64,000 bases of DNA, from sequence record MG589383. One strand, given 5' to 3'. The notes under the pieces are model-generated. The model saw only the letters and a program-made list of their open reading frames with translations, did not search any database and was not told the DNA's origin. The DNA comes from Shigella phage phi25-307. Below, in pieces: positions 39,099-47,867 of this stretch (its first letter is position 1; every line of letters starts with the position of its first letter). Position numbers and translations under genes: made by a program.

Positions 39099-39287
39099 TT
39101 AGTCCTTAGTTAAATTTTCTAAATATGTTTCTAAATCATTTTCAGCTTTATCGATAGATTTTACTAATTCGTAGTATGTTTCAGCATCTCCATAATCCGA
39201 AGCCAATTCAAAAGATAAATCTCGTTCTAAACTAATAATTTCACTGATTAAAAATCGTATTTCATTCTTTTGTTCGCGAGTAATCAT
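39099..39287 (-). CDS. hypothetical acidic protein (62 aa)
   Basis: ORF. Confidence 0.4.
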   Translation of the reverse strand: MITREQKNEIRFLISEIISLERDLSFELASDYGDAETYYELVKSIDKAENDLETYLENLTKD

Positions 39288-39490
39288 AAGGAATTTATAT
39301 AATCAATAAGTTCTTGTTCTTTATCGTCGAAATCTTTACACAGTTCTTCGTATTCGTCGGTATTAAAAGGACCGCATTCATCGCAAACTTTTTCCAATTC
39401 ACTATTTTTATCAATAACTTCGTGAATAAGAGAAAACAGTCTGTCTTTTTGTTCTTTACTTAAACTCATAACCATGTAACCTTTAAGCAA
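39284..39490 (-). CDS. hypothetical acidic protein (68 aa)
   Basis: ORF. Confidence 0.4.
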   Translation of the reverse strand: MLKGYMVMSLSKEQKDRLFSLIHEVIDKNSELEKVCDECGPFNTDEYEELCKDFDDKEQELIDYINSL

Positions 39491-39693
39491 TATTCTTCTA
39501 CATGTTGTTTACGACCTTTCTTATCAATAAAGGTATATTCAACGAATGTTCCAATATAGTCTTTATCTACATCATGTGGACTATTAATTGGGCATTTAGT
39601 ACGGCAAATGCGTTCCCATTGACGAATAATTACTGCCTTATTCTTTGGGTCATATGGATGTGGATAATGTATATTCATAATAATGGTTCCCAA
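39466..39693 (-). CDS. hypothetical protein (75 aa)
   Basis: ORF. Confidence 0.4.
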   Translation of the reverse strand: MGTIIMNIHYPHPYDPKNKAVIIRQWERICRTKCPINSPHDVDKDYIGTFVEYTFIDKKGRKQHVEEYCLKVTWL

Positions 39694-40142
39694 TCAACAA
39701 TCACAATTTCTAGTTTAGTGGAATACGTATCTAAAATCTCTTCGATGACGTCCCAGTTTCCACCACCAATACCTGCACCAATTCTTGGCATATAAATTAC
39801 AGGCTTTGTTATCTTATTCTTTCCGAATTCATTTAATTCTATTATACAATTCATTAAAGCATAGTACTCAAAATTAGGTCCCGGCTCAAACTGCGTATAA
39901 AGATTAAAGCAATAAGCTTTATGGGTCTTAAAATATTTTTCATAAACCGAATAAGTCCCGAGTTTAGACTCGTCTCCGAATTCGGTTTGAAGTTTATCGG
40001 CTTCCAGAATTTTTGGATAAGCCTTTGCTAATTGTCCTGCCACACCGGCGCCCATTGTATGAAAACAATTACACCCGTGAGCAATATTATTACCTTTAGA
40101 AAACAGGGCGACAATATCGCCCTTGATATAGTTTTTAATCAC
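39675..40142 (-). CDS. macro-domain protein (ADP-ribose binding/processing)
   Basis: HGCNCFHTMGAGVAGQL and PRIGAGIGGG motifs; likely GTG start at 40142. Confidence 0.65.
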   Translation of the reverse strand: MIKNYIKGDIVALFSKGNNIAHGCNCFHTMGAGVAGQLAKAYPKILEADKLQTEFGDESKLGTYSVYEKYFKTHKAYCFNLYTQFEPGPNFEYYALMNCIIELNEFGKNKITKPVIYMPRIGAGIGGGNWDVIEEILDTYSTKLEIVIVDWEPLL

Positions 40143-40482
40143 TTGCTGCAAGTCCTCTAGTATAAGAGTCAACTAGACGGTCCACCATAGAATTGCATGC
40201 TGCCTTATCTTTAGGTTCCGCCACCGAGCATTCTAATATTTGCCATTTTTTATAGTATCTTTTAATTAAGGTAGACGCCTTGAACCTACTAGACGCCCCA
40301 TCTTTTTCTCCGTCTTTATACGCATATAACAATTTTTGTGAAAAATCTACTTTACACTCTTGACTTTTACCACAATAATCAGACGCCGTTCTGTTTGTAT
40401 ACTCCGTTACATCAGTATATGTAGTATTAGCAAGAGCGCTAAATGAAACCAAGCCAACTATTAAAGCCAACATTTTGGTCAT
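40135..40482 (-). CDS. secreted protein (signal peptide, Cys-containing)
   Basis: MLALIVGLVSFSALA signal-like N-terminus. Confidence 0.5.
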   Translation of the reverse strand: MTKMLALIVGLVSFSALANTTYTDVTEYTNRTASDYCGKSQECKVDFSQKLLYAYKDGEKDGASSRFKASTLIKRYYKKWQILECSVAEPKDKAACNSMVDRLVDSYTRGLAASD

Positions 40483-41021
40483 TCTTTTATTTCCAGTAGT
40501 TTATTTGATTTAAGGTAATTAGCCTTTTCTAGGACTTCAGAAGCATATTTACTTCCAGCACTTGTCTTCCATCCCGCATTATATGAGGATATAGCTTTTC
40601 TTATATCCCCGTTATGTATATTTAACCAATAAGAAAATTCGATATAAGCCCATCTGGCTGAATTAGACCGCTTAGATAGCATTTTCTTAATTTGGGCATC
40701 AGTCATATTATAACCAAGCTGGTTAATTCTTGCCCTCATTGTTGGTAGATAATTTTGGAACATTCCATACGCATGGTGACCTTTCTTATCTTTAAGATTA
40801 ATACCTGCAGATGATTCCTGCCATAGTATTGCGGCCATTATGTATCCAAGTCCTTTCTTATGCATATTTTCATGCGTTTTAAATTTTCCATCCTTAGAAA
40901 ACTGTTCCCCAAACTGATAAGCATAATTCAAGTTATCGAGTTGGACATTACTAAAAGTATGCTCGGAGCTATGTGCTGATAATGAAAGAGCAAATAGACC
41001 AGCGAGTAGTGCTTTTCTCAT
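40479..41021 (-). CDS. secreted lytic-transglycosylase-like protein
   Basis: signal peptide; WQESS and YGMFQ motifs resembling the SLT catalytic region. Confidence 0.5.
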   Translation of the reverse strand: MRKALLAGLFALSLSAHSSEHTFSNVQLDNLNYAYQFGEQFSKDGKFKTHENMHKKGLGYIMAAILWQESSAGINLKDKKGHHAYGMFQNYLPTMRARINQLGYNMTDAQIKKMLSKRSNSARWAYIEFSYWLNIHNGDIRKAISSYNAGWKTSAGSKYASEVLEKANYLKSNKLLEIKE

Positions 41022-41029
41022 GTTTACCT

Positions 41030-41488
41030 CTAGATTTTAATCACTGCTTTAGAAGCTTTTCCTGGTAGTCGTTTACTGTTAATAATAGCCATTCTGCATT
41101 GAAGAGTCTTCATTTTGAATGCTGGACTTTCGCGACAAACTGTAAGTCCTAACCAAAGATTTCCATCAGTTATTTCTAAACGGCCTGGACGATATTCGAC
41201 ACCTTCGACAAAATCTTCATCAACATCCGGACGTGCCGGCATTGATAAAAATTCTGCAACTTCTTTAACATGATTTTTTACTTTACGAAATAATTCAAAA
41301 ACGTAGTTCTCATCTATTTCTCTCTGTATAGCACGATCTAAGAGATGTTGAGAATACTTGATATGAAAGCCTGGTAGTCCAAGAGACTTTGCAGCATCTT
41401 TTATACCGGCATTTATTTTGCGGAACTCCGTTTCAAAGATTCGACGGAGTTTATTACGGCGGATAAAAACGTCAGAATTGATAGTCAT
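41030..41488 (-). CDS. regB: RegB endoribonuclease
   Basis: 152 aa; MTIN..VFIRRNKLRR.FE.EFR.IN ... CRMAIINS.RLPGKASKAVIK matches T4 RegB. Confidence 0.9.
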   Translation of the reverse strand: MTINSDVFIRRNKLRRIFETEFRKINAGIKDAAKSLGLPGFHIKYSQHLLDRAIQREIDENYVFELFRKVKNHVKEVAEFLSMPARPDVDEDFVEGVEYRPGRLEITDGNLWLGLTVCRESPAFKMKTLQCRMAIINSKRLPGKASKAVIKI

Positions 41489-41517
41489 TTTTGATTTCTC
41501 CTCTAGTTGACAGTTCT

Positions 41518-41546
41518 ATAGTAACACATCTAGAGGAGAAGTAAAC
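41518..41546 (-). promoter_or_regulatory. early promoter (GTTTAC-17-TACTAT) for regB
   Basis: cagttctatagtaaca ... gtaaac. Confidence 0.5.
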
Positions 41547-41550
41547 TACT

Positions 41551-41766
41551 TTATTGATAAAATGGAGTTAAAGCCCAAGATTCTTTAGATACCATATCGG
41601 CGAAATGCCTCATCTCTTCGATTTGGCGACGACGCTGGTCAGCATAGTCTTCTTCGCCTTCTTCCTTACAATCTTCAAGGTCTTCTTCAAGATACTTTAA
41701 GTATTCACTACAAATTTTGTTGACCTTTTCTTGAAAGTCCAATAACCCGGTAATAGTAGAAGCCAT
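41551..41766 (-). CDS. hypothetical acidic protein (71 aa)
   Basis: ORF. Confidence 0.45.
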   Translation of the reverse strand: MASTITGLLDFQEKVNKICSEYLKYLEEDLEDCKEEGEEDYADQRRRQIEEMRHFADMVSKESWALTPFYQ

Positions 41767-42032
41767 TAGTATTTTTCCTCAGGTCGAAATACCGCACGGC
41801 ATGCCCACATGCTGGCTTCTTTTAGATGTTGCTTAGCATACTTAAGAGCCTGCACTGCATCCATATCTTCTTTGGTTTGTTGCTCTGATTCATTTTCTTT
41901 CAAGATATATGCTTCTTCAATCAGAGCATCAAACATCAATCCAAGACGGACTTCTGCGTCTTTAATAGCGTTCACTTTACTGATTTTATCATCGGTATGT
42001 GGCTTGTAGCCTTTGATGTCTTCAATCGACAT
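41766..42032 (-). CDS. hypothetical protein (88 aa)
   Basis: ATG at 42032 with RBS GAGGAAATTCC. Confidence 0.45.
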   Translation of the reverse strand: MSIEDIKGYKPHTDDKISKVNAIKDAEVRLGLMFDALIEEAYILKENESEQQTKEDMDAVQALKYAKQHLKEASMWACRAVFRPEEKY

Positions 42033-42246
42033 AAGGAATTTCCTCATCGGTGGCAAGGTCATATTCAACCAATTGGATAGGCTCATTAATACCATATCCA
42101 CGTACAGTGATATCGGTTGACGGATATTTTCCAGTAATATCACCCGTTCTAAATGCTTCAATGAATGATTGCTCGCCTGAGCAACTAAACCAGGCGGCAA
42201 AACATTTTAAAACATCTTCAGACCCTTCTATAATCAATTTAGCCAT
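42022..42246 (-). CDS. hypothetical protein (74 aa)
   Basis: ORF. Confidence 0.45.
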   Translation of the reverse strand: MAKLIIEGSEDVLKCFAAWFSCSGEQSFIEAFRTGDITGKYPSTDITVRGYGINEPIQLVEYDLATDEEIPYVD

Positions 42247-42608
42247 TATAGACTCTCAGTAAAGGTACGAGCGATAACATCGCGCTGCTGTTCCGGAGTC
42301 AGAGAGTTAAAGCGAACTGCATAACCGGATACACGGATGGTCAGCTGTGGATATTTTTCAGGATGCTTAACTGCATCTTCCAGAGTTTCGCGACGCAGAA
42401 CGTTAACGTTCAGGTGTTGACCACCTTCAATTTTAACTTTAGGTTGATGTTCAATTTCAATTTCACGGGCATTCAAACCGTAGAAAATTTCCGGGTCTAC
42501 AATAGCGTCTTCTTTAAAAGTCTTAGAGACGATAATCCGGGCTTGAGTACCGTCTTCAAAATAAATAGTGCCTTTATGTACACCTTCAAGAATTTGATAT
42601 GCTTTCAT
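42246..42608 (-). CDS. autonomous glycyl-radical cofactor (GrcA/YfiD-like)
   Basis: C-terminal [19 protein letters not shown] = glycyl radical motif RVSGY. Confidence 0.7.
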   Translation of the reverse strand: MKAYQILEGVHKGTIYFEDGTQARIIVSKTFKEDAIVDPEIFYGLNAREIEIEHQPKVKIEGGQHLNVNVLRRETLEDAVKHPEKYPQLTIRVSGYAVRFNSLTPEQQRDVIARTFTESL

Positions 42609-42614
42609 ATAACC

Positions 42615-42923
42615 TCAATTAGAAAATAAATTTATCCAAGATTTTTCTTTAATCAAAAATGGGTCGGAATTAAACGCCATTAAACTTTGAGTAATTAATC
42701 CCTTAAATGACCCATCAATAAATTCCATTTTGAAATGTGGAATACTAGTCATCAACCGTGCATTAGGAGCAGTACAAAGAACATGCTGCCCTGCGAACGG
42801 ACCTTTAGTCAAACGATATCGTTTAGGTTTAAAATGGTAAATCTCATAATTTTCTACAAGAGCCCTTTTATTGCATACTGGGCTGTTATAACAATACTCA
42901 AAAACTTCAATAGTGGTCATCAT
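42615..42923 (-). CDS. hypothetical Cys-rich protein (about 102 aa)
   Basis: ORF, start trimmed to the ATG at the upstream stop. Confidence 0.4.
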   Translation of the reverse strand: MMTTIEVFEYCYNSPVCNKRALVENYEIYHFKPKRYRLTKGPFAGQHVLCTAPNARLMTSIPHFKMEFIDGSFKGLITQSLMAFNSDPFLIKEKSWINLFSN

Positions 42924-43459
42924 TGCATTCCAATCACAAAAAATTGAGGACGAGCAATACCGCCGATGCAATATTTGCTTTTGCAGCAGTGCTGTACTGA
43001 TTTAATATGGACATTGTAAATCTTATCCATATCAGGAGCTTTAATAGGCTCGTCAATTATATACAGAATACGAGAAAGCGTTAATCCACGGAATTTAGAA
43101 CCTTCATTGCCAATAAAACTACGGACAGAATCAGTAAATAAACGGAATCGAATATCATCGCTAGAATAACGAGAAAATTCTTTTTTAATGTTGCCAACAG
43201 AAATTTTAGCATAAGCTGAAGTATTAGAAAGAACAATAACTGTTCCACCATCGAGCAGCCAATTAGCGGCAAAATTAGTTACTGCAGTTGATTTACCAGA
43301 TTGTCTGCCACCATCTAAACGAAGTGTACAGTACTGCTTGAGTACGTCTTCAAATGGTGGGGCATAACCGTTCTTACAAATTTCTTCTACTCTAGCATCA
43401 GAATGGTGTGTAAAAGCATTCATCAGGGATAGATAAGGTCCAGTTAAAAATGTTCTCAT
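42920..43459 (-). CDS. hypothetical protein with P-loop-like GGRQSGKST motif (179 aa)
   Basis: ORF with conserved structured leader upstream. Confidence 0.5.
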   Translation of the reverse strand: MRTFLTGPYLSLMNAFTHHSDARVEEICKNGYAPPFEDVLKQYCTLRLDGGRQSGKSTAVTNFAANWLLDGGTVIVLSNTSAYAKISVGNIKKEFSRYSSDDIRFRLFTDSVRSFIGNEGSKFRGLTLSRILYIIDEPIKAPDMDKIYNVHIKSVQHCCKSKYCIGGIARPQFFVIGMQ

Positions 43460-43632
43460 TTAGTTTCTCTTAAGGTTGGGGCCATTCCGTGGCACATGTT
43501 AGGTCCTTCGACTCGCTATGTAAACCCATTACCGCACTTGGGCTCGACCTTATTACAGGTTGGAAAAGGTACATCACTCAGAGGACTCGACGTTCATAAG
43601 GAGAGGTTGCGTTTCCCTTTATTAGACAAGAA

Positions 43633-43962
43633 TTATACTCTAGGCTTTTGAGCTTGTTTGGTATTGGATTCCCATGCGGCTTTGGTAATTTTGTTAGCGG
43701 CATAACCAAAGGCACTAGATAGAACACCTTTAGAGTTGAATACATCCAATCCAATAAGTACACCTGCTGTGTTAAATTTAGGAGCAAAGTACGCATTAGT
43801 TTTAGAAAGAGCTTTTTTCAATTCAGGGTCTTGAACCAAGCCATCAAAAACGCCTTTACCATTTACTTTATATGTTACTTTGGGATTTTTAGCTTCTTCG
43901 ATAGCAGCTTTCTGTTCCGCAGATAATGTAACTTCAGTGATAAACTCTTGATATGTTTTCAT
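43633..43962 (-). CDS. internal-protein-like capsid-targeted protein (CTS MKTYQEFITE)
   Basis: N-terminal MKTYQEFITE capsid targeting sequence; ATG at 43962. Confidence 0.6.
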   Translation of the reverse strand: MKTYQEFITEVTLSAEQKAAIEEAKNPKVTYKVNGKGVFDGLVQDPELKKALSKTNAYFAPKFNTAGVLIGLDVFNSKGVLSSAFGYAANKITKAAWESNTKQAQKPRV

Positions 43963-44075
43963 TTTGTTCTCTCTAGGTTTAGACCATTCCATGGCCCATG
44001 AATTGTCCATTTTCCGTATTTACCACTCCAAGTAATTATGAATATACTATCACAATTCTAGGAGAAAGTAAACTG

Positions 44076-44378
44076 TTATTTACCTTTAATTACTTTAGCT
44101 GCTTCGATAGCCGCTTGCTGAAGGTCGTCCATAGACATACCGAATTTAGAAGCAAAGTTATCAATTTTCTTTTCGACCGCATTCAAAGGCTTGGCCTGTT
44201 TACCTTCATTAGCGCCTGGAAGAGCGAGAATACGCTCTTTGTCAATATAAAGGCTTACAAGTTTCTTACGGTCTTTATCGGACAAATCATGAAATGAATG
44301 GGCCTTTTTATTTATAGCGGCTTCTAATTTACCTGCACTCACTCGAGCTTCAGTAATAAATTCTTGATATGTTTTCAT
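44076..44378 (-). CDS. ipII: internal protein, IPII-like (CTS MKTYQEFITE)
   Basis: CTS leader; 100 aa, size as T4 IPII. Confidence 0.55.
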   Translation of the reverse strand: MKTYQEFITEARVSAGKLEAAINKKAHSFHDLSDKDRKKLVSLYIDKERILALPGANEGKQAKPLNAVEKKIDNFASKFGMSMDDLQQAAIEAAKVIKGK

Positions 44379-44419
44379 ATGTTTCCTTTAAATGTAAATA
44401 GGCCTAAGTACAGGCCTTA

Positions 44420-44998
44420 TTAATTACCACGGGCTGCATTAGCAACGGCATAAGCGTACTGAACATTAGCGTCTTTAAACGTACCTTTAGAGGTATCTAT
44501 TTCTGCCTTAAAGCCGCCTTTAGCCATAACATCAGCAAATTCTTTACGGAAAGCCATTGCGTCAAGACCTTTCCATGATGATTTGTGCTTGGCGAATTCA
44601 AGACCAGCGTAGTTGACAGCCTTAGCTAATTTATTATCAATAACCCATTTACCGGCTTTAGGCACAAACTTCGGTCCTTTTTGTTTAGAGAACAGTTTTA
44701 AATTCCAGCGACGAAGATCACTGTCGGCTTTAACAAAAGCTGCATCTAAGTTACTAGCAACAACATCTTCAATATGAGCAAATTTAAGTCCGTCAACTTC
44801 AATATTTAGGTCGGTACGCCAGCGAAGTCCTTCCCAAGCGAAAGCTTTAAAGTCGGAAGCTTTTGTAGCTAAGTATCGTTCAAGTGGAGCAGTTTTAGGG
44901 TCAAAGCCGTTTCCACCACGATAAGTCCACTCGTCCTTATTAATGCCTTGAGCTTTTCCTGCAAAGGCCTCGGCGATAAATTCTTTATATGTTTTCAT
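44420..44998 (-). CDS. ipIII: internal protein, IPIII-like (CTS MKTYKEFIAE)
   Basis: CTS leader; 192 aa, size as T4 IPIII. Confidence 0.55.
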   Translation of the reverse strand: MKTYKEFIAEAFAGKAQGINKDEWTYRGGNGFDPKTAPLERYLATKASDFKAFAWEGLRWRTDLNIEVDGLKFAHIEDVVASNLDAAFVKADSDLRRWNLKLFSKQKGPKFVPKAGKWVIDNKLAKAVNYAGLEFAKHKSSWKGLDAMAFRKEFADVMAKGGFKAEIDTSKGTFKDANVQYAYAVANAARGN

Positions 44999-45024
44999 TT
45001 TTGTTCCTATTGTTTTAATTCATG

Positions 45025-45339
45025 TTATTCTTTAGGGAAGTTTTTAGAGTATGCGTCATAAAGTTTATTGCCGATGCGACGGAAGACTCTAGCTGCAAAA
45101 CGGTTTTCAGGGTTTTTAATCATGATTTGCATCATGTAAGTTCCTGCATCCGAAAGAGCTTCTTCATAGTACCCATTAATTTCTTTAAGAGTCCTACGTT
45201 TACCACCAGGACCATCAACAGTAATTTTCCATTTACCTGTAGAAGTGCGGCTCGGTGGCTCAACTTGTTCAATCCAAATATAACCACCTTCAACGCGTTG
45301 ATTGGCGGATTCTGCAATAAATTCTTTATACGTTTTCAT
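45025..45339 (-). CDS. internal-protein-like capsid-targeted protein (CTS MKTYKEFIAE)
   Basis: CTS leader; 104 aa; own early promoter. Confidence 0.6.
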   Translation of the reverse strand: MKTYKEFIAESANQRVEGGYIWIEQVEPPSRTSTGKWKITVDGPGGKRRTLKEINGYYEEALSDAGTYMMQIMIKNPENRFAARVFRRIGNKLYDAYSKNFPKE

Positions 45340-45369
45340 TTTTGTTTCCTTGTTTGTTTTGATAGAGTA

Positions 45370-45399
45370 ATTATACCATATTAATACTTAAGCGTAAAC
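45370..45399 (-). promoter_or_regulatory. early promoter (GTTTAC-18-TATAAT)
   Basis: gtaattatacca ... gtaaac. Confidence 0.5.
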
Positions 45400-45402
45400 T
45401 GT

Positions 45403-45663
45403 TTAAGCTTTACCGCCAGAAATAATTCCGAAGTTGTTAAAATCATATCCAATATCGTCAACATCTACTTTAGGGCTTGCTACAACATAAGCAATTTCAC
45501 CACGTTTTGCATAGGTGTTGATTTCTTTACCATCGCCGCCTAGGAAAGAATACCCATTACGTTTTAATGAGCCAAAGTCTTCCGCATCACCAATGAAAGC
45601 TTTAACTTTAAATTTATGACCTTCGGCATCTGCTTCAGCGATAAATTCTTGATACATTTTCAT
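45403..45663 (-). CDS. internal-protein-like capsid-targeted protein (CTS MKMYQEFIAE)
   Basis: CTS leader; 86 aa. Confidence 0.6.
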   Translation of the reverse strand: MKMYQEFIAEADAEGHKFKVKAFIGDAEDFGSLKRNGYSFLGGDGKEINTYAKRGEIAYVVASPKVDVDDIGYDFNNFGIISGGKA

Positions 45664-45669
45664 TTTTCC

Positions 45670-46083
45670 TTAGTAAATTGATTTACCATAGTATTTGTAC
45701 CAAGTAGGACGCTGAGCAATTTTTTCATCTAAGCGTGCTTGACTTATCGCAATGGACGCTTCGGACGGGACATAATTATTACGAAATTCGGCAGGGATGT
45801 CGGAAATATCCTGGACAGTCGTGTCCTTGATTTTGAAACCACGTTTCAAGCATTCAGCGATTAACTCGATTTGACGTAAACGTAAAAATTCGAGTTTGTC
45901 GTAAAAGAATGTTACATGACCTGTGCCTAAGATAAATGTTGGAGAGATTTTAAAATCCTTTACACGTTTACCGTTTTGAACATGTTTACGGACTGCACCA
46001 AATACACGTGGTAATTCACGATACTCGGCCATAAGATGTTGGTCGGTCAGTTCAGAAACAAGTGTTAAATTGATACGGGTCAT
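45670..46083 (-). CDS. denV: endonuclease V (pyrimidine-dimer DNA glycosylase)
   Basis: [34 protein letters not shown]... matches T4 DenV; ATG at 46083. Confidence 0.9.
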   Translation of the reverse strand: MTRINLTLVSELTDQHLMAEYRELPRVFGAVRKHVQNGKRVKDFKISPTFILGTGHVTFFYDKLEFLRLRQIELIAECLKRGFKIKDTTVQDISDIPAEFRNNYVPSEASIAISQARLDEKIAQRPTWYKYYGKSIY

Positions 46084-46110
46084 AATTTCCTCCAAGTAGT
46101 TGATGAATGT

Positions 46111-46140
46111 ATAGTATCAAAACCCTTGGAGGAAGTAAAC
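46111..46140 (-). promoter_or_regulatory. early promoter (GTTTAC-18-TACTAT) for denV
   Basis: gaatgtatagtatc ... gtaaac. Confidence 0.5.
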
Positions 46141-46141
46141 A

Positions 46142-46423
46142 CTATTTTTCTGAAGCGCCTGAAATATATTTTTCAAGACGTTGTTTCATCAACGAGCCGT
46201 TCTTAGCGATTTCTTCTGGTTTATCGCACATACGCAACAAGGCTTCAAGCTTAACGATATCACTGGTGCGCTCAAATTTGCGAGTATCTATCTTACTAGC
46301 AAGTTCAGAAATACGTGCTAATAGACTTTCAGCTTCAACCAAAGCTGCACCTAGCTTAGTTGCAAATGTGTCAGTAGCTTCGTTAAGAATAGATTCTGAT
46401 AAAAATTCACTATATGTTTTCAT
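46142..46423 (-). CDS. internal-protein-like capsid-targeted protein ([13 protein letters not shown])
   Basis: CTS leader at internal ATG 46423. Confidence 0.55.
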   Translation of the reverse strand: MKTYSEFLSESILNEATDTFATKLGAALVEAESLLARISELASKIDTRKFERTSDIVKLEALLRMCDKPEEIAKNGSLMKQRLEKYISGASEK

Positions 46424-46908
46424 ATATACGCTTTCCAAGTTCCTGTTTTAAATGTCGAGATTACGCGTTTCGCGCGATTAGGTGTCTGACGATACCATTT
46501 AGATTGGGCTAGATTTACTGCCGCTTCGTCCCAACGTTTCTGTTGAAGCATACGAAGAGAATTAGTAAAACCAGCGACGCCTGCTACACCCATTTGGAAG
46601 ACCATATTGACCAATGCACATCGACGAACTGCATCTAAAGAATCATATACCGGTTTAAGTTTAGCATTACCCAAGATTCCGCGAACAGCTTTATCAACGT
46701 CTTCATTAAATAACTTTTCAGCCTCATCAAGGGTAATTGTACCGTTGCATTTACGTCCGATCATTCTGTCAAGTTCAGCTTTAGCTACGGCTAAAGACGG
46801 GTTCTTTGTTACTAAATGACCTATGCCAATCGTCCAAAAGCCTTCAGTGTCTTTGTATAAAGTCAGTCTAAGACCTTCGTCATTACGAAGCATTTCAAAT
46901 ATATTCAT
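46420..46908 (-). CDS. e: lysozyme (endolysin, T4 e)
   Basis: [27 protein letters not shown]... matches T4 lysozyme with catalytic E11/D20/T26 context. Confidence 0.95.
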   Translation of the reverse strand: MNIFEMLRNDEGLRLTLYKDTEGFWTIGIGHLVTKNPSLAVAKAELDRMIGRKCNGTITLDEAEKLFNEDVDKAVRGILGNAKLKPVYDSLDAVRRCALVNMVFQMGVAGVAGFTNSLRMLQQKRWDEAAVNLAQSKWYRQTPNRAKRVISTFKTGTWKAYI

Positions 46909-46912
46909 AATA

Positions 46913-46932
46913 CCTCCCACGTTTATAGGAGG
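46913..46932 (-). promoter_or_regulatory. hairpin sequestering the lysozyme RBS, with a late-promoter-like TATAAACG in the loop
   Basis: minus strand CCTCC-TATAAACGT-GGGAGG-TATT-ATG. Confidence 0.45.
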
Positions 46933-46942
46933 TATTTATTAC

Positions 46943-47416
46943 TTATAGGATGGTAGTGAGCACCTTATATAATGATTTGCCCATTACATATTCCCATTGA
47001 GAAGGTTTAATTAAAGCGAATGCATCAAATTCAGGAATCTGTCGTCCGTCTGGGAATGTATGATAGGAATTACAAACACTGTTTCTGAATTGCTCGTGCT
47101 CTACAGGGATGGTATATAGGAACAGATGAATATTCTTATTGTCTGAGTAACGATGTTCACCTAGGTCTTTCAGGAAGGCAGGGTCATATTGTGTAAACCC
47201 AGTTTCTTCTTCGCATTCACGAATAGCTGCTTCAATAGGAGATTCACCGGGCTCGACACGACCTTTAGGAATATCCCACCGATGAGCTAAAGAACCTTTA
47301 GGACGAGAACCAGTTACACGCCCCATGAATAATTCTTTATCTTCGGTAAGGAAAATAATACCAGCTGATAGTTCTTTCACTTTATTTTTCTTACTCATCA
47401 TCTCAAATTCCTGCAT
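46943..47416 (-). CDS. nudE: Nudix hydrolase
   Basis: Nudix box GRVEPGESPIEAAIRECEEETG. Confidence 0.85.
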   Translation of the reverse strand: MQEFEMMSKKNKVKELSAGIIFLTEDKELFMGRVTGSRPKGSLAHRWDIPKGRVEPGESPIEAAIRECEEETGFTQYDPAFLKDLGEHRYSDNKNIHLFLYTIPVEHEQFRNSVCNSYHTFPDGRQIPEFDAFALIKPSQWEYVMGKSLYKVLTTIL

Positions 47417-47796
47417 TCGGTAATAAAACGTTCAACTTCATTATTCTTGGCCTTTATCTTGTCTTTACGTTCCTGTAAACTACTTTTAACAAGATTAATA
47501 ATGATGCCTACAGTACCTCCACCAATTATACCACCAATAATACTTACGATAGTAGATGCTAATAAGATGGCGATAATATCTAGTACAGCAAAGGCACTTA
47601 CTTTAGTACTAAAAAACCATATAGACGGTACAAATATAATCCATCCTGTTATCCATTGGCACTTATTGAAAAACCTTTCAAGCTCAGCTTGAGTTGTTCG
47701 TATTACTTCATCAATAGGTTGATATCCATTAATGTATCTGTTCACGATAATACCTGCTGGCTGGTCGATTTTAAATTCTTGGCAAATATGTTTCAC
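47398..47796 (-). CDS. membrane protein (132 aa)
   Basis: multiple hydrophobic helices. Confidence 0.5.
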   Translation of the reverse strand: MKHICQEFKIDQPAGIIVNRYINGYQPIDEVIRTTQAELERFFNKCQWITGWIIFVPSIWFFSTKVSAFAVLDIIAILLASTIVSIIGGIIGGGTVGIIINLVKSSLQERKDKIKAKNNEVERFITECRNLR

Positions 47797-47867
47797 TAAG
47801 TAGGATGGACAGGATGTCCAATCTACTGAATAGTATGAAATACCTTCATTGCCATCAACTATTCATA

